DNA of 64,000 nt from an uncultured Oscillospiraceae bacterium (GCA_964584315.1 CAZOZO010000001.1:84225-148224), one strand, 5' to 3'; positions 38,520-48,838 are shown, counted from the stretch's first letter. Translations and numbers: made by a program. The notes: generated by a model not told the origin, from the sequence alone.

Positions 38520-39412
38520 TCGCGATCATGGTGGACAGTGCAGCGGGCATCAGCAGGCAGGAAGCAGAGCAGCTGGGCGCGCATTACGTGCCCATGACCT
38601 ATACCGTGGATCGCCAGCAGTTCGTTGAGCACTACATCGGCGAAAACGGTCAGTTTGAGCCCTTTATCGAGCGACCGGACGTGGAGCGCCGCACCAGCCA
38701 GACGACCACGGTGGCCTTTGTGGCGGCTTTTGAGCACCAGCTGGCCAAGGGGCGGCAGGTGCTGTGTATCACCATCTCCTCGCGCCTGTCCGGCACCTAT
38801 GCAAACGCCGTGATGGCCGCCAAAGAGGTGAACGAGGACGAGATCAAGGTGCTGGACAGCCGCAACTGCGCGGGCGGCATCTACTTTTTGATCCAGCACG
38901 CACAGGAACTGATCGCCCAGGGGTTGAGCCTGTGCGAGGTGGTGGAGCGGCTGGCGGCGGATCGCAAACGCATCCACAACGTGTTTACCGTAAACGACAT
39001 GACCAACCTTCGCAAGAGCGGCAGGCTGGGCGTGGTGCGCCTGAGCGTGAGCACCATTTTGAACCTGCGGCCCATACTGCGGCTGGAAAACGGCTCCGTT
39101 TTCAGCCAGAGCGTGGCGCGCGGCAACCACGAGCAGCTGCGGATGCTGGCGGAGAGCGTACCGCTTGGCACGCGCTTCGTGGTGGTGCACAGCCGCGAGA
39201 ACAACCCGCAGCTGCCCGCGCTGCAGGAGATGTTGGTGAGCCGCCTTGGCGAAGGGCTGGAGCTGCGCATCGTTAGCCTGGGCCCGGTGCTGGCCATCCA
39301 CCTGGGGCTCACGTACCTTGGCGTGTGCTGGATGGACGAGCAGGCGGAATCCGACGCCCCCGCCGGCGCTGGTACGCCCTGCGGTGCGCCCGCCATGCCA
39401 GAGGAACCGTGA
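38516..39412 (+). CDS. DegV-family fatty-acid-binding protein (FakB-like)
   Basis: 298 aa, DegV/EDD fold (IAIMVDSAAGIS...TISSRLSGTYANA). ATGA overlap with accA, last gene of the fab/acc operon. Confidence 0.85.
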   Translation: MIAIMVDSAAGISRQEAEQLGAHYVPMTYTVDRQQFVEHYIGENGQFEPFIERPDVERRTSQTTTVAFVAAFEHQLAKGRQVLCITISSRLSGTYANAVMAAKEVNEDEIKVLDSRNCAGGIYFLIQHAQELIAQGLSLCEVVERLAADRKRIHNVFTVNDMTNLRKSGRLGVVRLSVSTILNLRPILRLENGSVFSQSVARGNHEQLRMLAESVPLGTRFVVVHSRENNPQLPALQEMLVSRLGEGLELRIVSLGPVLAIHLGLTYLGVCWMDEQAESDAPAGAGTPCGAPAMPEEP

Positions 39413-39789
39413 TGCTATTGGGCATCCACCATGTAGCGCTGTGGGTGAGCGACCTTGCCAAAGCAAAAGCGTTCTATGTGGACGCACTGGGCTTTGCAAT
39501 CGAGAGCGAGCATGTGCGGCCGGAGCGGGGCGACACCATTCTGAACCTGCGCATGGGGGAAATGCGGCTGGAGCTGTTCGGCGGCACGGGGCACCCGTCG
39601 CGCGCAAGCTGGCCTGAGGCGTTGGGCCTGAGGCACCTTGCGTTTCGCGTGGCGGATGTGGACGCAGCGGTCAAAGCGCTGGCTGCAAAGGGCATCGAGG
39701 CCGAGCCGGTGCGCGCGGACACGTTCACGGGCGAGCGCATGACCTTCGTGCTTGACCCAGACGGGCAACCCATCGAACTGCACGAGTAG
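39412..39789 (+). CDS. VOC (glyoxalase/bleomycin-resistance/dioxygenase) family protein
   Basis: 125 aa from ATG 39412 (overlaps the degV stop, TGATG): MLLGIHHVALWVSDLAKAKAFY...; paired beta-alpha-beta-beta-beta modules. The track's 5' extension (39325) lies inside degV. Confidence 0.75.
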   Translation: MLLGIHHVALWVSDLAKAKAFYVDALGFAIESEHVRPERGDTILNLRMGEMRLELFGGTGHPSRASWPEALGLRHLAFRVADVDAAVKALAAKGIEAEPVRADTFTGERMTFVLDPDGQPIELHE

Positions 39790-39799
39790 CAAAATGACC

Positions 39800-39848
39800 G
39801 AGATTCACCACGACGCGCGTTGGAAGGGGTTTCCCTTCCGACGCGCGG
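39800..39848 (+). terminator. GC-rich hairpin + T5 downstream of the VOC gene (operon terminator candidate)
   Basis: cgacgcgcg-ttggaaggggtttcccttcc-gacgcgcgg-ttttt; nested inverted repeats (ggaaggg/cccttcc and cgcgcg/cgcgcg) followed by TTTTT. Confidence 0.5.
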
Positions 39849-40345
39849 TTTTTGCTGTGTATACTGGAGCTGCTGATCTTTCGGCGGTATGCAGGATGCA
39901 TGGACACGATGATTGCAACAGGTGATTGCAGACGTCAAAGCGACGCAACCGCAAGTTCACCCCAGCGTTTGAGAACGAGGGGTTTTACTTGCTAGCGCCA
40001 AGCAGCCAATCATATCCTCTTGAACCATTTTGGGCGACCTCTCACACTTCCCATTGCGGCAATCTCCCGTATGCGCTATACTGCTACCAACACTACATCT
40101 TGATAGCCATTGTTTGCAGACATGGACGACCTCGCTTGGCCACATATCAATAGGGCGGCGTTCTTGCGTAATACTGCGCAATGAAGCCAAAGCAACAAAT
40201 CACTGGGCCTGCTATTATTTTCGTCCGTTGCGCAGCAGCGCGATGGTGCTCGCATTCCCTCTCCCGTCCCTGTTCCTGCTTGACCCTTTCCATGCTTGAA
40301 CCGCCGCCCGCCACGCCGTGACCGACTTGCAGGAGGGTAAAAAGG

Positions 40346-41374
40346 ATGTTACAGACCGTAACGCGCAGGATTCTCACCTTGGTCGTACTGCTGATGCTGG
40401 TATGCACGGGCACTGCCTTCGCGTTTGAAACGGAACAGGTGACCGGCATCGACTTTGGCGAGTATGGACAACAGGCCTATGCGTATCTCCAATACATCGA
40501 CAGCAACCTGCCGGATCGCGACTGTGTGAGCGGCGAAAACACCGCCGAGGCGCAGGAATGGATCATCGCTGAATTGGAAGCCGCAGGGTACGCGGAAGAT
40601 CAGATCGCGGTGGAGGACTTCTCGTTTGAGGATGAGGAGGGCGACGATTATACCTCGCAGAACATCATCGCAACGCTGCCGGGGCAGTCGGAGCGCCAGA
40701 TCATCGTAGGGGCGCATTACGACGGCGAGGGCGCGGGGGATAACGGCTCCGGCACCGCTCTGTTGCTGGATACGGCGTGCCGCCTCGTCCGGGGGGAAGC
40801 GCCGCCGCATACGGTGGTGTTCATCTTCTTCGGGGCGGAGGAGAACGACGGCGATGGCTCCGCCGCCTATGCCGAGGGCATGACGGACGAAGAGGTCGCA
40901 AACACGGATTTCATGATCAACATGGACTCGGTGATCTGCGGCGATTTTTGCTACCTGCACGGCGGCGTGGCTGATTTCAAGCACGAGCGCGTCACAGGGC
41001 TCAATGCCTTTGAACAGGTCTACGCGATCGGTCAGAGGCTGGGCCTTGGCCTCCACCTGAACCCGTGGACGTTTGACGACCCGGCGCCGGGTTTTGATGT
41101 GCCTGATTATCCGTCCCCCTCGGTGGGTGACTGGAGCGACCACATCTCCTTTGCGGAGCGCGGCATCGAGTATGTCTACATCGAGGCGAGCAACTGGGAG
41201 ATACCCGGCCCCGACCGCCAGTATGATGGGGACAGCGAGACAGCCGATGCGGGCCGGATCATGCATACCGATGATGATACCCTGCCCAGAATCGAGGAGC
41301 TGTTCCCGGGCCGCGCACTCTACCACTTGCAGGTGTTCTCCCTGCTGATCAATACCGTGCTGACGGAGATATGA
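40346..41374 (+). CDS. secreted M28-family zinc aminopeptidase
   Basis: 342 aa, signal peptide, HYDGEGAGDNGSGTALLL (M28 His/Asp metal ligands), EENDG (Glu-Glu). Confidence 0.8.
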   Translation: MLQTVTRRILTLVVLLMLVCTGTAFAFETEQVTGIDFGEYGQQAYAYLQYIDSNLPDRDCVSGENTAEAQEWIIAELEAAGYAEDQIAVEDFSFEDEEGDDYTSQNIIATLPGQSERQIIVGAHYDGEGAGDNGSGTALLLDTACRLVRGEAPPHTVVFIFFGAEENDGDGSAAYAEGMTDEEVANTDFMINMDSVICGDFCYLHGGVADFKHERVTGLNAFEQVYAIGQRLGLGLHLNPWTFDDPAPGFDVPDYPSPSVGDWSDHISFAERGIEYVYIEASNWEIPGPDRQYDGDSETADAGRIMHTDDDTLPRIEELFPGRALYHLQVFSLLINTVLTEI

Positions 41375-41431
41375 CCGCTTGGGGGTCGCAAAAGCCCTTG
41401 CGGAGCAAGAACCCGCTGCGCCAAGCTCAAA

Positions 41432-41469
41432 CCAGAGCGAGACCTGCCGATCGGCAGGCCCCGCTCTGG
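41432..41469. terminator. bidirectional hairpin between convergent M28 peptidase and hybrid kinase genes
   Basis: ccagagcg-agacctgccgatcggcaggcc-ccgctctgg: 8-bp outer stem with an inner 6-bp palindrome (cctgcc gatc ggcagg); weak T tracts on both sides. Confidence 0.5.
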
Positions 41470-41502
41470 TATGTGCATCATATTGGCCCGGGGCTTGGCA
41501 TT

Positions 41503-44500
41503 TCAGGGTTTTCGGTTTGCCAGCGCATCTATCTCCCGCATGGCTTGGCTCAAAAGCGACTGGAACCGCTCATGCTCCTCGTGCACAACATCTGTATCGC
41601 TTGCCTGCAACGCTTTTTGCAGCCTTTCGGCACACACGGCAAGTTGCATGGCCCCAATGCTGCCGGAGCTGCTCTTGACCTTGTGCACGGTCTGCGCAGC
41701 CTGGACAAAATCATTCGCGTCGATCTGCGCTTGCAACTGCTCTCCTGTCTGTCGGTTCTCGCTCAGGTACGCCTGCAATATCGCCACGTAAAGGCTCTCG
41801 TCGATGCCAAGCTGCCGCATCGCCCGTGCGCTGTCCACCACGGGCGCATTGTCCTGCGACGCAGCCAGCGGAGCGTCCGCCGGGCCGGCCGTTTCAGCGG
41901 CTTCCATTTTTCCGGAAGGCCTGTCCACAGCCGCTGCCGGCGGCGGCTCGACCGCTGCTGCGGGGGTCGGGTTGCTCTCGCGACAGGGCTTCCCTTTCAG
42001 CGCCTCCAGAATGGTGCGGATGAAGGCCTCGGGTTCAAACGGCTTGCTCACGTAATAGTCGATACCGTGGCTCTTGCACTTCTCCTCCACGCCCACCACC
42101 GCGTCCGCAGTCATCGCGATGATGGGGATGCTTTGATCTGTTTGGCGGATCAGGTCGGTCGCCGTGTATCCGTCCATCACCGGCATATGGATGTCCATGA
42201 GGATCAGGTCGATCGACTCGCGGTGGGCGCTGAAAAAATCATAGCCCTCCTGTCCGTTGCCCGCCATGGAGATGACAAAGCCCGCCGAGGATAAAATGCT
42301 CTGCGCGATAAACTGATTGGTCTTGTTGTCCTCAACCAGCAGGATGTGGTAGGGGCAGGGCGCCACAGGGGCTTCCTCCACAGCCTCGGCATTTCCTTTT
42401 CGGGGCGGGTCGATGCGGAACAGTTCCACGATGCCGTTATACAGCGTGGAGGGAACGATGGGCTTGGTGAAGCCGAAATCGATGCCGCAGGCGGCGATAT
42501 TCTCCAGCAGATCCTCGCGCGTCATGGGCACCATGAGCATACACTTGGCGCTGCGCGGGAAGTACATGGCTTTGCGGATCCGCTCCAGAAAGGCGATACC
42601 GCCGTCCTGCGGGGTCAGGTAATCCACGATCAACAAATTGTATGGCGCATCGCTCTCGAGCGCCGCTTTGCGCATGATCTGCACAGCCTGTGCCTCGTCT
42701 GCGGTAACACGGTGCTCGATGCCGAACGCTTTCAGATAATCGCCCAGCGTGTTGCGGGAGTTTTCGCTGGCGTCCAGCACCAAGGCGCGTACCGTGCGGA
42801 AGCAATCCGCCGCCATTTTTTGCGAATCAAACGGCATCTGGTTGGGGTCGGCTTCCAGCGATAGCCGCACCGTGAAGACGGAGCCCTTGCCAAGCTCGCT
42901 CTGCACATCGATCTGGCCGCCCATCAGCTCCGTCAGGCTCTTGACAATCGACAGGCCAAGCCCTGTGCCGCCAAACCGGCGGCTGATGCTCGAATCGCCC
43001 TGGTCGAAGGGCACGAACAGCCGCTTGGTCTGCTCCTCACCCATACCGATGCCCGTATCCTGCACGCTGAACGTGACGACGTATTTGAGATCGCTCCGGC
43101 TTTGCGAGTTTATCGTGAGCGTGACGCTGCCGCGCTCGGTAAACTTGACCGCATTGTTCACAAGGTTGAGCAGCACCTGCTCAATGCGCGTGGGATCGCC
43201 CATGAAGAGCGTTGGCATGTCAGGCGCTTTGCGGATGAAAAACTCGATCTCCTTCTCCTCCACTTTAACGGAGATGATGTTGGTGATGCGTTGCAACAGC
43301 TTGTCCAGATCGAAGGAGATCCTTTCGATCTCGATCTTGCCCGATTCGATCTTGGAAAAATCAAGGATGTCGTTGATGATGCTGAGCATGTTGCGCGCGG
43401 ATTGATTCAGCTTTTCCAGATAGTTGCCCTGCGTGGCGGTCAGCCCCGTTTTTTTGATCAGGTAGGCCATGCCCATGATGGCGCTCAGCGGCGTGCGTAT
43501 CTCGTGGGACATGCGCGCTAAAAACAGCGATTTGACCTGATTGGCCTGTTCCGCCTCGGTTTTGGCCGCGCTGGCTTCCTCCTGCGCCTTTTTTCGGCGC
43601 GCGACCTCCTTACGCAAGCGCAGTATCCAGTAAAGCGACACCGTCCACACCAGCGCAACAAGCCCGCCGACGATCAACAGCGTCTGGATCAGCGCGGAGT
43701 AGTCCGTATCTGCCTGAATGGATATCCATTTGTTGCTGATGGCGATGCGTTCTTCCTGCTTTATACTGCCCAGCGCCTTGTTAAGGATGCCCACCAGCAC
43801 CGGCCAATCGCTACGCACAGCGAAGTACAGCTGCTGCGGCTGCTGCGAGCTGATGGTGATATAGCGCAGGTTGGTGATGCCATACTTTTTGATCAGGTAG
43901 CTGGAGGTGCTCAGGTTGCCCACAAAGGCGATCTCGGTGCCGTCCGATACGGCCTGCAGCGCCTCCTCCACGGTGGTGTACAGGGCCAGCGATATGGTTG
44001 GGTAGTCCATTAGGAAGCTGTGGTGCGAGCTATTCACCTGCACGGCCACGCGCCTGCCCTTAAGATCGTCGAATGATTTGATCTGCCTGGTGTTTTCATT
44101 GATGAAAATGACCCGCTGGAAGGTGTAATACCCTTGTGAGAACAGGAAGTACTTCTCCCGCTCTGCCGTTTTGGCCACGCAGGGCAGCACATCCAGCTGC
44201 CTGCCTACGGCCTTCTCGTATGCCTGCGTCCAGGTCAGCCCTTTTGCCACTGTCATTTGGAGGCCTGTCGCCTTGGCGATCAGCGCGATATAATCCGCCG
44301 CGATACCCTTGTAGATACCGTCGGTGTCGAAGAACTCATACGGGATGAACGCAGGGTCGACACCCAGACGGATCTCCGGGTGCGCGGCCATGAAGTCCAG
44401 TTCCTCCTGCGACCAGACGATGCCGCCGGATGCCCTCGCTGCGGGCGCTGTGCCAAGGGAGAGGCACAGCAGGCACAGAAGGAGCAGCAGAAAGCGTGCG

Positions 44501-44532
44501 CATTCCGTTCCTTTCGTCCTCATGATCATCAC
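41503..44532 (-). CDS. hybrid sensor histidine kinase: signal peptide, two tandem periplasmic SBP_bac_3-like ligand-binding domains, TM, HisKA/HATPase_c, two REC domains, C-terminal Hpt
   Basis: 1009 aa. HisKA H-box (MSHEIRTPLSAIMGM), HATPase G-boxes (DTGIGM, GGTGLGLSIV), REC Asp (LIVDY..., LMDIHMPVMDG), Hpt helix bundle at the C-terminus (HKVKSSSGSIGA). Confidence 0.85.
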   Translation of the reverse strand: MMIMRTKGTECARFLLLLLCLLCLSLGTAPAARASGGIVWSQEELDFMAAHPEIRLGVDPAFIPYEFFDTDGIYKGIAADYIALIAKATGLQMTVAKGLTWTQAYEKAVGRQLDVLPCVAKTAEREKYFLFSQGYYTFQRVIFINENTRQIKSFDDLKGRRVAVQVNSSHHSFLMDYPTISLALYTTVEEALQAVSDGTEIAFVGNLSTSSYLIKKYGITNLRYITISSQQPQQLYFAVRSDWPVLVGILNKALGSIKQEERIAISNKWISIQADTDYSALIQTLLIVGGLVALVWTVSLYWILRLRKEVARRKKAQEEASAAKTEAEQANQVKSLFLARMSHEIRTPLSAIMGMAYLIKKTGLTATQGNYLEKLNQSARNMLSIINDILDFSKIESGKIEIERISFDLDKLLQRITNIISVKVEEKEIEFFIRKAPDMPTLFMGDPTRIEQVLLNLVNNAVKFTERGSVTLTINSQSRSDLKYVVTFSVQDTGIGMGEEQTKRLFVPFDQGDSSISRRFGGTGLGLSIVKSLTELMGGQIDVQSELGKGSVFTVRLSLEADPNQMPFDSQKMAADCFRTVRALVLDASENSRNTLGDYLKAFGIEHRVTADEAQAVQIMRKAALESDAPYNLLIVDYLTPQDGGIAFLERIRKAMYFPRSAKCMLMVPMTREDLLENIAACGIDFGFTKPIVPSTLYNGIVELFRIDPPRKGNAEAVEEAPVAPCPYHILLVEDNKTNQFIAQSILSSAGFVISMAGNGQEGYDFFSAHRESIDLILMDIHMPVMDGYTATDLIRQTDQSIPIIAMTADAVVGVEEKCKSHGIDYYVSKPFEPEAFIRTILEALKGKPCRESNPTPAAAVEPPPAAAVDRPSGKMEAAETAGPADAPLAASQDNAPVVDSARAMRQLGIDESLYVAILQAYLSENRQTGEQLQAQIDANDFVQAAQTVHKVKSSSGSIGAMQLAVCAERLQKALQASDTDVVHEEHERFQSLLSQAMREIDALANRKP

Positions 44533-44534
44533 CC

Positions 44535-45605
44535 CTATGCCAGCGGCATAAAGCGTTCGGCAATGGCCCTGATCTCCGCCTCGATCTGGAAGAACGCATC
44601 CACCAGCTCCGGGTCGAAGTGCTTGCCGCGCTCGCCGCCAATGATGTCAAGCGCCGTCTCGTGGCTGAAGGCGGGTTTGTATACGCGCTGGCTGACCAGC
44701 GCATCGTACACGTCGATGATGGCCATCAGCCTGCCTGCCAGCGGGATCGCCTTGCCCACGAGCCTGGCAGGGTAGCCGCTGCCGTCGAATTTCTCATGAT
44801 GCGTGCCCACGATCTCCAGCGCCGTGCAGATGAAGGAGAGCTGCGTGCCCTCGTGCCCAGCCAGCCGCAGGGCCTCTACGCCGTAGGTGGTGTGTTTTTT
44901 CATGATCTCGAACTCTTCCGGCGTCAGCTTGCCCGGCTTGAGCAGGATATGATCCGGGATGCCAACCTTGCCGATATCGTGCAGCGGCGCGGTGCTGAAA
45001 AGCTCGCTGATGTAGGCGTCGGTCAGCATGGTGCTGTAGGGTTCCATGCCGCGCAGGTGCTCGCACATGGCCTTCATCATCCACTGGGTGCGGCGGGTGT
45101 GGTTGCTGGATTCGATATCCCGCACCTCCAGCAGCCCCACCAAAGCCTGTATGGTCACGTCACGGGTCAGGTTCAGCTCGCGCGTGCGCTCCTGCACAGC
45201 GTTTTCCAGGATCACGTTGTGCTGCTCCAGCGCCTTCTGCGTTCTCTTGAGGCTGCTGTGCAGCTCGATGCGCTTGAGCAGGGAGCGCAGGTTCAGCGGT
45301 TTGCGGATGTAATCCACTGCGCCCAGCTCAAGACCCTTGATCTCGTTGTCGATCTCGTCATAATTGGTCAGGATCAGGGTGGCGATGCCGTGGTAGCGCG
45401 GGTCGTCGCGGATGGCGGCCAACACCTCAAAGCCGTTCATGCGCGGCATGTTGATATCCAGAATCATGATATCGATGTCATTTTCGCGCGCAAGCACCTC
45501 CATCGCCTCCACCCCGTCGGCGGCGGTGCGCAGGTCGTAATCCTTGAGCATGTTGCGCAGCATCATCGAATCCGTCATGGAATCGTCGACGATCAACAGT
45601 TTCAT
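44535..45605 (-). CDS. response regulator with HD-GYP c-di-GMP phosphodiesterase output domain (RpfG-like)
   Basis: 356 aa, REC (LIVDDS...ILDINMP) plus HD-GYP (HDIGK ... HHEKFDGSGYP). 3-nt spacing to the kinase gene. Confidence 0.85.
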   Translation of the reverse strand: MKLLIVDDSMTDSMMLRNMLKDYDLRTAADGVEAMEVLARENDIDIMILDINMPRMNGFEVLAAIRDDPRYHGIATLILTNYDEIDNEIKGLELGAVDYIRKPLNLRSLLKRIELHSSLKRTQKALEQHNVILENAVQERTRELNLTRDVTIQALVGLLEVRDIESSNHTRRTQWMMKAMCEHLRGMEPYSTMLTDAYISELFSTAPLHDIGKVGIPDHILLKPGKLTPEEFEIMKKHTTYGVEALRLAGHEGTQLSFICTALEIVGTHHEKFDGSGYPARLVGKAIPLAGRLMAIIDVYDALVSQRVYKPAFSHETALDIIGGERGKHFDPELVDAFFQIEAEIRAIAERFMPLA

Positions 45606-45644
45606 CCAATGTCACCCTGCCTTCATCATCTGGTTTACGGTGCG

Positions 45645-46967
45645 TCAATCGTTGTGCAGGATACGGTTTCCCTCCGTTTCAATCATCGCCAGAAAGGCTT
45701 CCGTGGTCAGTTCGCCGGTCATCACCCGGTGCAGCCCGGGGGCGTAGTAATCGTCCTTGACCACCTGCCACGCGGGCACGGGCACATCCACGCTGGGGTT
45801 CTGGAAGCCCTCGATGAACTTGATATAGGATGGATAGGCGCGGAATGCATCAACGGCGGACATATCGCCGCGGATGGGCGTTCGGAAGGGATAGTAGGCA
45901 TCGTGTTCCGGGCTGTATTCGCCAAGTAAAATCTGTCCCTGCGCCTTGGGGGAGATCAGGTAGCGGATTAGGTCGAGTGCCTGCGCACGCAAGGACTCGT
46001 CCAAACCCGCGGGCACGGCCAGCATCATGGGACCTACCTCCGCGCAAAGGCCGATATCCTTGAGCGAGATGACCCCCACCTCAAAGGGCTCCCCGTTTTT
46101 CTGGATGTCCGTGACACCCCAAATGCCCTGGATCTCAAAGGCGACCTGCTGGTTGCGGAAGTGATCCATCACCTCCACGCCGGTATCCGTAAGCCAGGTC
46201 GGCTGTGCGTGCGCGCCCAGAACGTTCTTGTAGAAATCGATCGCTGAACGGCTTGCCTCGCTGTTGATGGTAACAGTGGCGCCGTCTTTGCTCACCAGCG
46301 AGCCGCCAAAGCCGTAGATGCACTGGTTCACCATCCACGAGATGTCGTTGCCCTCCGCGCCGACCAGTCCGAAACCCTTGGCGCCTGTGTTGGCTTCCAC
46401 CTGTGCCATGGCGCGCACCAGCGCATCACGGCTTTTGATGGACGAGGCATCGACGCCCGCCTGTGAAAGCAGCGACTCGTTGTACAGCAGGCACATCGCG
46501 TGCCCCAGCCACGGGATGCCGTAGGTCGCGCTGCCCACGCCCCCCAGCGCCCACACCTGCGGATAAAAGGCCGCACGCTCCGCCTCGAATGCCGCGTCAA
46601 GATCCAGCAGCGCACCCTTCATGCCAAAGTACTTTACATACCGATAAGGAAGAACGCAGACGAGCGGTGCGCCGCTGTCCAGCAGCGCCTCGATGGCGTG
46701 CAGATCCTCATCGCCGCCCACCATGGTGACGGGGGCGACGCTACCCGCGTTGTAGGCATCCACGATCTTCTGGATGGCTTCGCCCCGGCCGGTGTAAGCC
46801 GCCCATGTAATGCGCAGCGATAGCCCTGCAGGGACGGCCTGCGCCGCGTCGGCACGCGGGGTGGATGCTGTTGTTTGGGCTGGCAGCTCAGGCTTTTGCG
46901 CACAGCCAAACAGGCTGAAAACCAACACGGCGGCCATCAGCAGAAGCCAGATTCTTTTCCCAATCAT
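45645..46967 (-). CDS. family-1 extracellular solute-binding lipoprotein (ABC-type SBP fold) encoded inside the signalling operon
   Basis: 440 aa, lipobox LFGC, SBP_bac_1-like sequence; no adjacent ABC permease/ATPase genes. Confidence 0.75.
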   Translation of the reverse strand: MIGKRIWLLLMAAVLVFSLFGCAQKPELPAQTTASTPRADAAQAVPAGLSLRITWAAYTGRGEAIQKIVDAYNAGSVAPVTMVGGDEDLHAIEALLDSGAPLVCVLPYRYVKYFGMKGALLDLDAAFEAERAAFYPQVWALGGVGSATYGIPWLGHAMCLLYNESLLSQAGVDASSIKSRDALVRAMAQVEANTGAKGFGLVGAEGNDISWMVNQCIYGFGGSLVSKDGATVTINSEASRSAIDFYKNVLGAHAQPTWLTDTGVEVMDHFRNQQVAFEIQGIWGVTDIQKNGEPFEVGVISLKDIGLCAEVGPMMLAVPAGLDESLRAQALDLIRYLISPKAQGQILLGEYSPEHDAYYPFRTPIRGDMSAVDAFRAYPSYIKFIEGFQNPSVDVPVPAWQVVKDDYYAPGLHRVMTGELTTEAFLAMIETEGNRILHND

Positions 46968-47297
46968 CCCTAAACCTCCAACGGTGAGCTTTCACGGTCG
47001 GTCGGGTGAGAAACTTTATTCATAATTGCTTTTAAGTACGTGATCTTTAGCCTTATCATACAACAAATACGCGAGAATGGCAATCAATTCCTGATGCCGC
47101 ATGAGGCGGCACCCCTTTATGAGGCTGATTTTGCACTTGTGCGAGAAAGGGTGCGCGTGCGAGACTGGCGCTTTGGATGGCGCGCACCGCAAAAAAACGC
47201 AGGCATTGCCGGGTTGCATCGGCAAAGCCTGCGAATGATCCAGTGAAAAGGGATGACCGGAGAGCTGGCGGATGCCGGAAAACCAACCGCACAGGGC

Positions 47298-48647
47298 TCA
47301 GGCCGATACGACCCGGTTGCGCCCCATGTTTTTGGCGCTGTACATCGCGTCGTCTGCCGTATTGATAAGCTGCTGGATGTCGTTGATATCTTTATTCGGG
47401 TACGTCGCGGTACCCAAGCTGACGGTCACTTTCACTTCCTGGTCGTTCCATTTCAAAATCGAGTCGCCCACCATGATGCGGATTCGCTCCGCAATCATCT
47501 GCGAATCGTGCTGGTTGGCTCCGGGCAGCACGCACAGGAATTCCTCTCCGCCATAGCGTATCAGCACATCGCCTTCCCGAATCGCGCCGTTGATGGTTTT
47601 GGTGATGGATACGATGATCTTGTCGCCGACGATGTGCCCGTAGGTATCGTTGACCACCTTGAAGTGGTCGATATCCAGCATGATGAGCGATAAAGAAGCG
47701 CCGGAACGGATCGAACGGCTGAACTCCTCCTGGATGCGGCTGTATCCAAACCTGCGGTTATAGATGCCCGTGAGCGAATCCAGCGCAGCCAGCCGCTGCA
47801 TCTGCTGGTGTGTGATGGCGTTGTTGAAGGCCATGGACAGGATCGGGGCACAGGCGGTGAGCATGTCGAGCGCGTCGCAGGAGAACGGCGTGATGCTCGC
47901 CAGAATGATGACCCCCAGCAGCACCTGCTTGTAGATGATGGGTTCAATGATCAACGACTGCGGGCGGTAATCCACCACCAAGCCGTCCATCACGATATCA
48001 GTGGGGTACTGCACGATGTAGCGTTCATGGGTTTTCATGGTATGCAGCACAAGCGCGTTGGTCTCCAGCAGTTTTTCGTTTTTCATGGCAAGCGTGGCCA
48101 CGGCTGTAAACTCGCCGCTGTTTTCGATCAGGATCGCCCCGCCGCTGGTGTGCGTATTCTCGATCAGGCTTTGCAGCGTGCTGTTTGCGAGCACCTCCAG
48201 CTCCAGATGCGAAGTGAGCATCTCGGAAAACTGCTGCAGGCTGCTCTGCGCCTTCAATACGCCAGACAGCGTCGTGATCAGGCGGTTGAACGATTCCGCG
48301 CTTTCGCCCAGCTCATCCTCCGAATCCACCTCGATGCGGCAGGTTTCAGGCGTGCACGTGTCACAGCCTTGCTCATGCCCCATGGCGGAGAGGATGCCCT
48401 CCACGTGCTTCATTTTGGAAGACAGCTGCTTGATGCGCGTGCCTACGGTCTTGCGCGCCAGCGCGATGTTCATGACGGCCAGCAGGATGCCCGCCCCGAT
48501 GCACGCGCCAAAGAACGCGGGCTGGAATACGATGCTGCCGGGGACCTTGAACAGTGCAACAAAAAACGGAAAAAGCACGCCAACAAAAACGCCGAGCAGG
48601 ATCATGAATATGGCCAGATCGGTAAAAATTTTCTTGGTAAGCCGCAT
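47298..48647 (-). CDS. membrane-anchored GAF-GGDEF diguanylate cyclase
   Basis: 449 aa, two N-terminal TM helices, HAMP-like linker, GAF-like region, GGDEF domain with intact GGEEF active site and RxxD-type I-site context. Confidence 0.85.
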   Translation of the reverse strand: MRLTKKIFTDLAIFMILLGVFVGVLFPFFVALFKVPGSIVFQPAFFGACIGAGILLAVMNIALARKTVGTRIKQLSSKMKHVEGILSAMGHEQGCDTCTPETCRIEVDSEDELGESAESFNRLITTLSGVLKAQSSLQQFSEMLTSHLELEVLANSTLQSLIENTHTSGGAILIENSGEFTAVATLAMKNEKLLETNALVLHTMKTHERYIVQYPTDIVMDGLVVDYRPQSLIIEPIIYKQVLLGVIILASITPFSCDALDMLTACAPILSMAFNNAITHQQMQRLAALDSLTGIYNRRFGYSRIQEEFSRSIRSGASLSLIMLDIDHFKVVNDTYGHIVGDKIIVSITKTINGAIREGDVLIRYGGEEFLCVLPGANQHDSQMIAERIRIMVGDSILKWNDQEVKVTVSLGTATYPNKDINDIQQLINTADDAMYSAKNMGRNRVVSA

Positions 48648-48809
48648 ATCTGTACCCCTTATTTTCTTTCGGCGCCGGCAATGGGTGGCTTTCCGTACCT
48701 GTCGCCGGATGCATAATAGCTATCATTTTAGACATATTCACCACTCTGTCAATAGACAAGACATGAGGTTTGTGGCTCAAAGTGCAGGCCGGCGCGCGAC
48801 CGATGCCTA

Positions 48810-48838
48810 TTTACAGAAGTCAACTCCCTTTATATAAT
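48810..48838 (+). promoter_or_regulatory. sigma70 promoter of the exopolysaccharide operon (TTTACA-17-TATAAT), divergent from the DGC operon
   Basis: TTTACA 48810-48815, TATAAT 48833-48838; ~60 nt to the GTG start with AGGAGG RBS. Confidence 0.6.
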
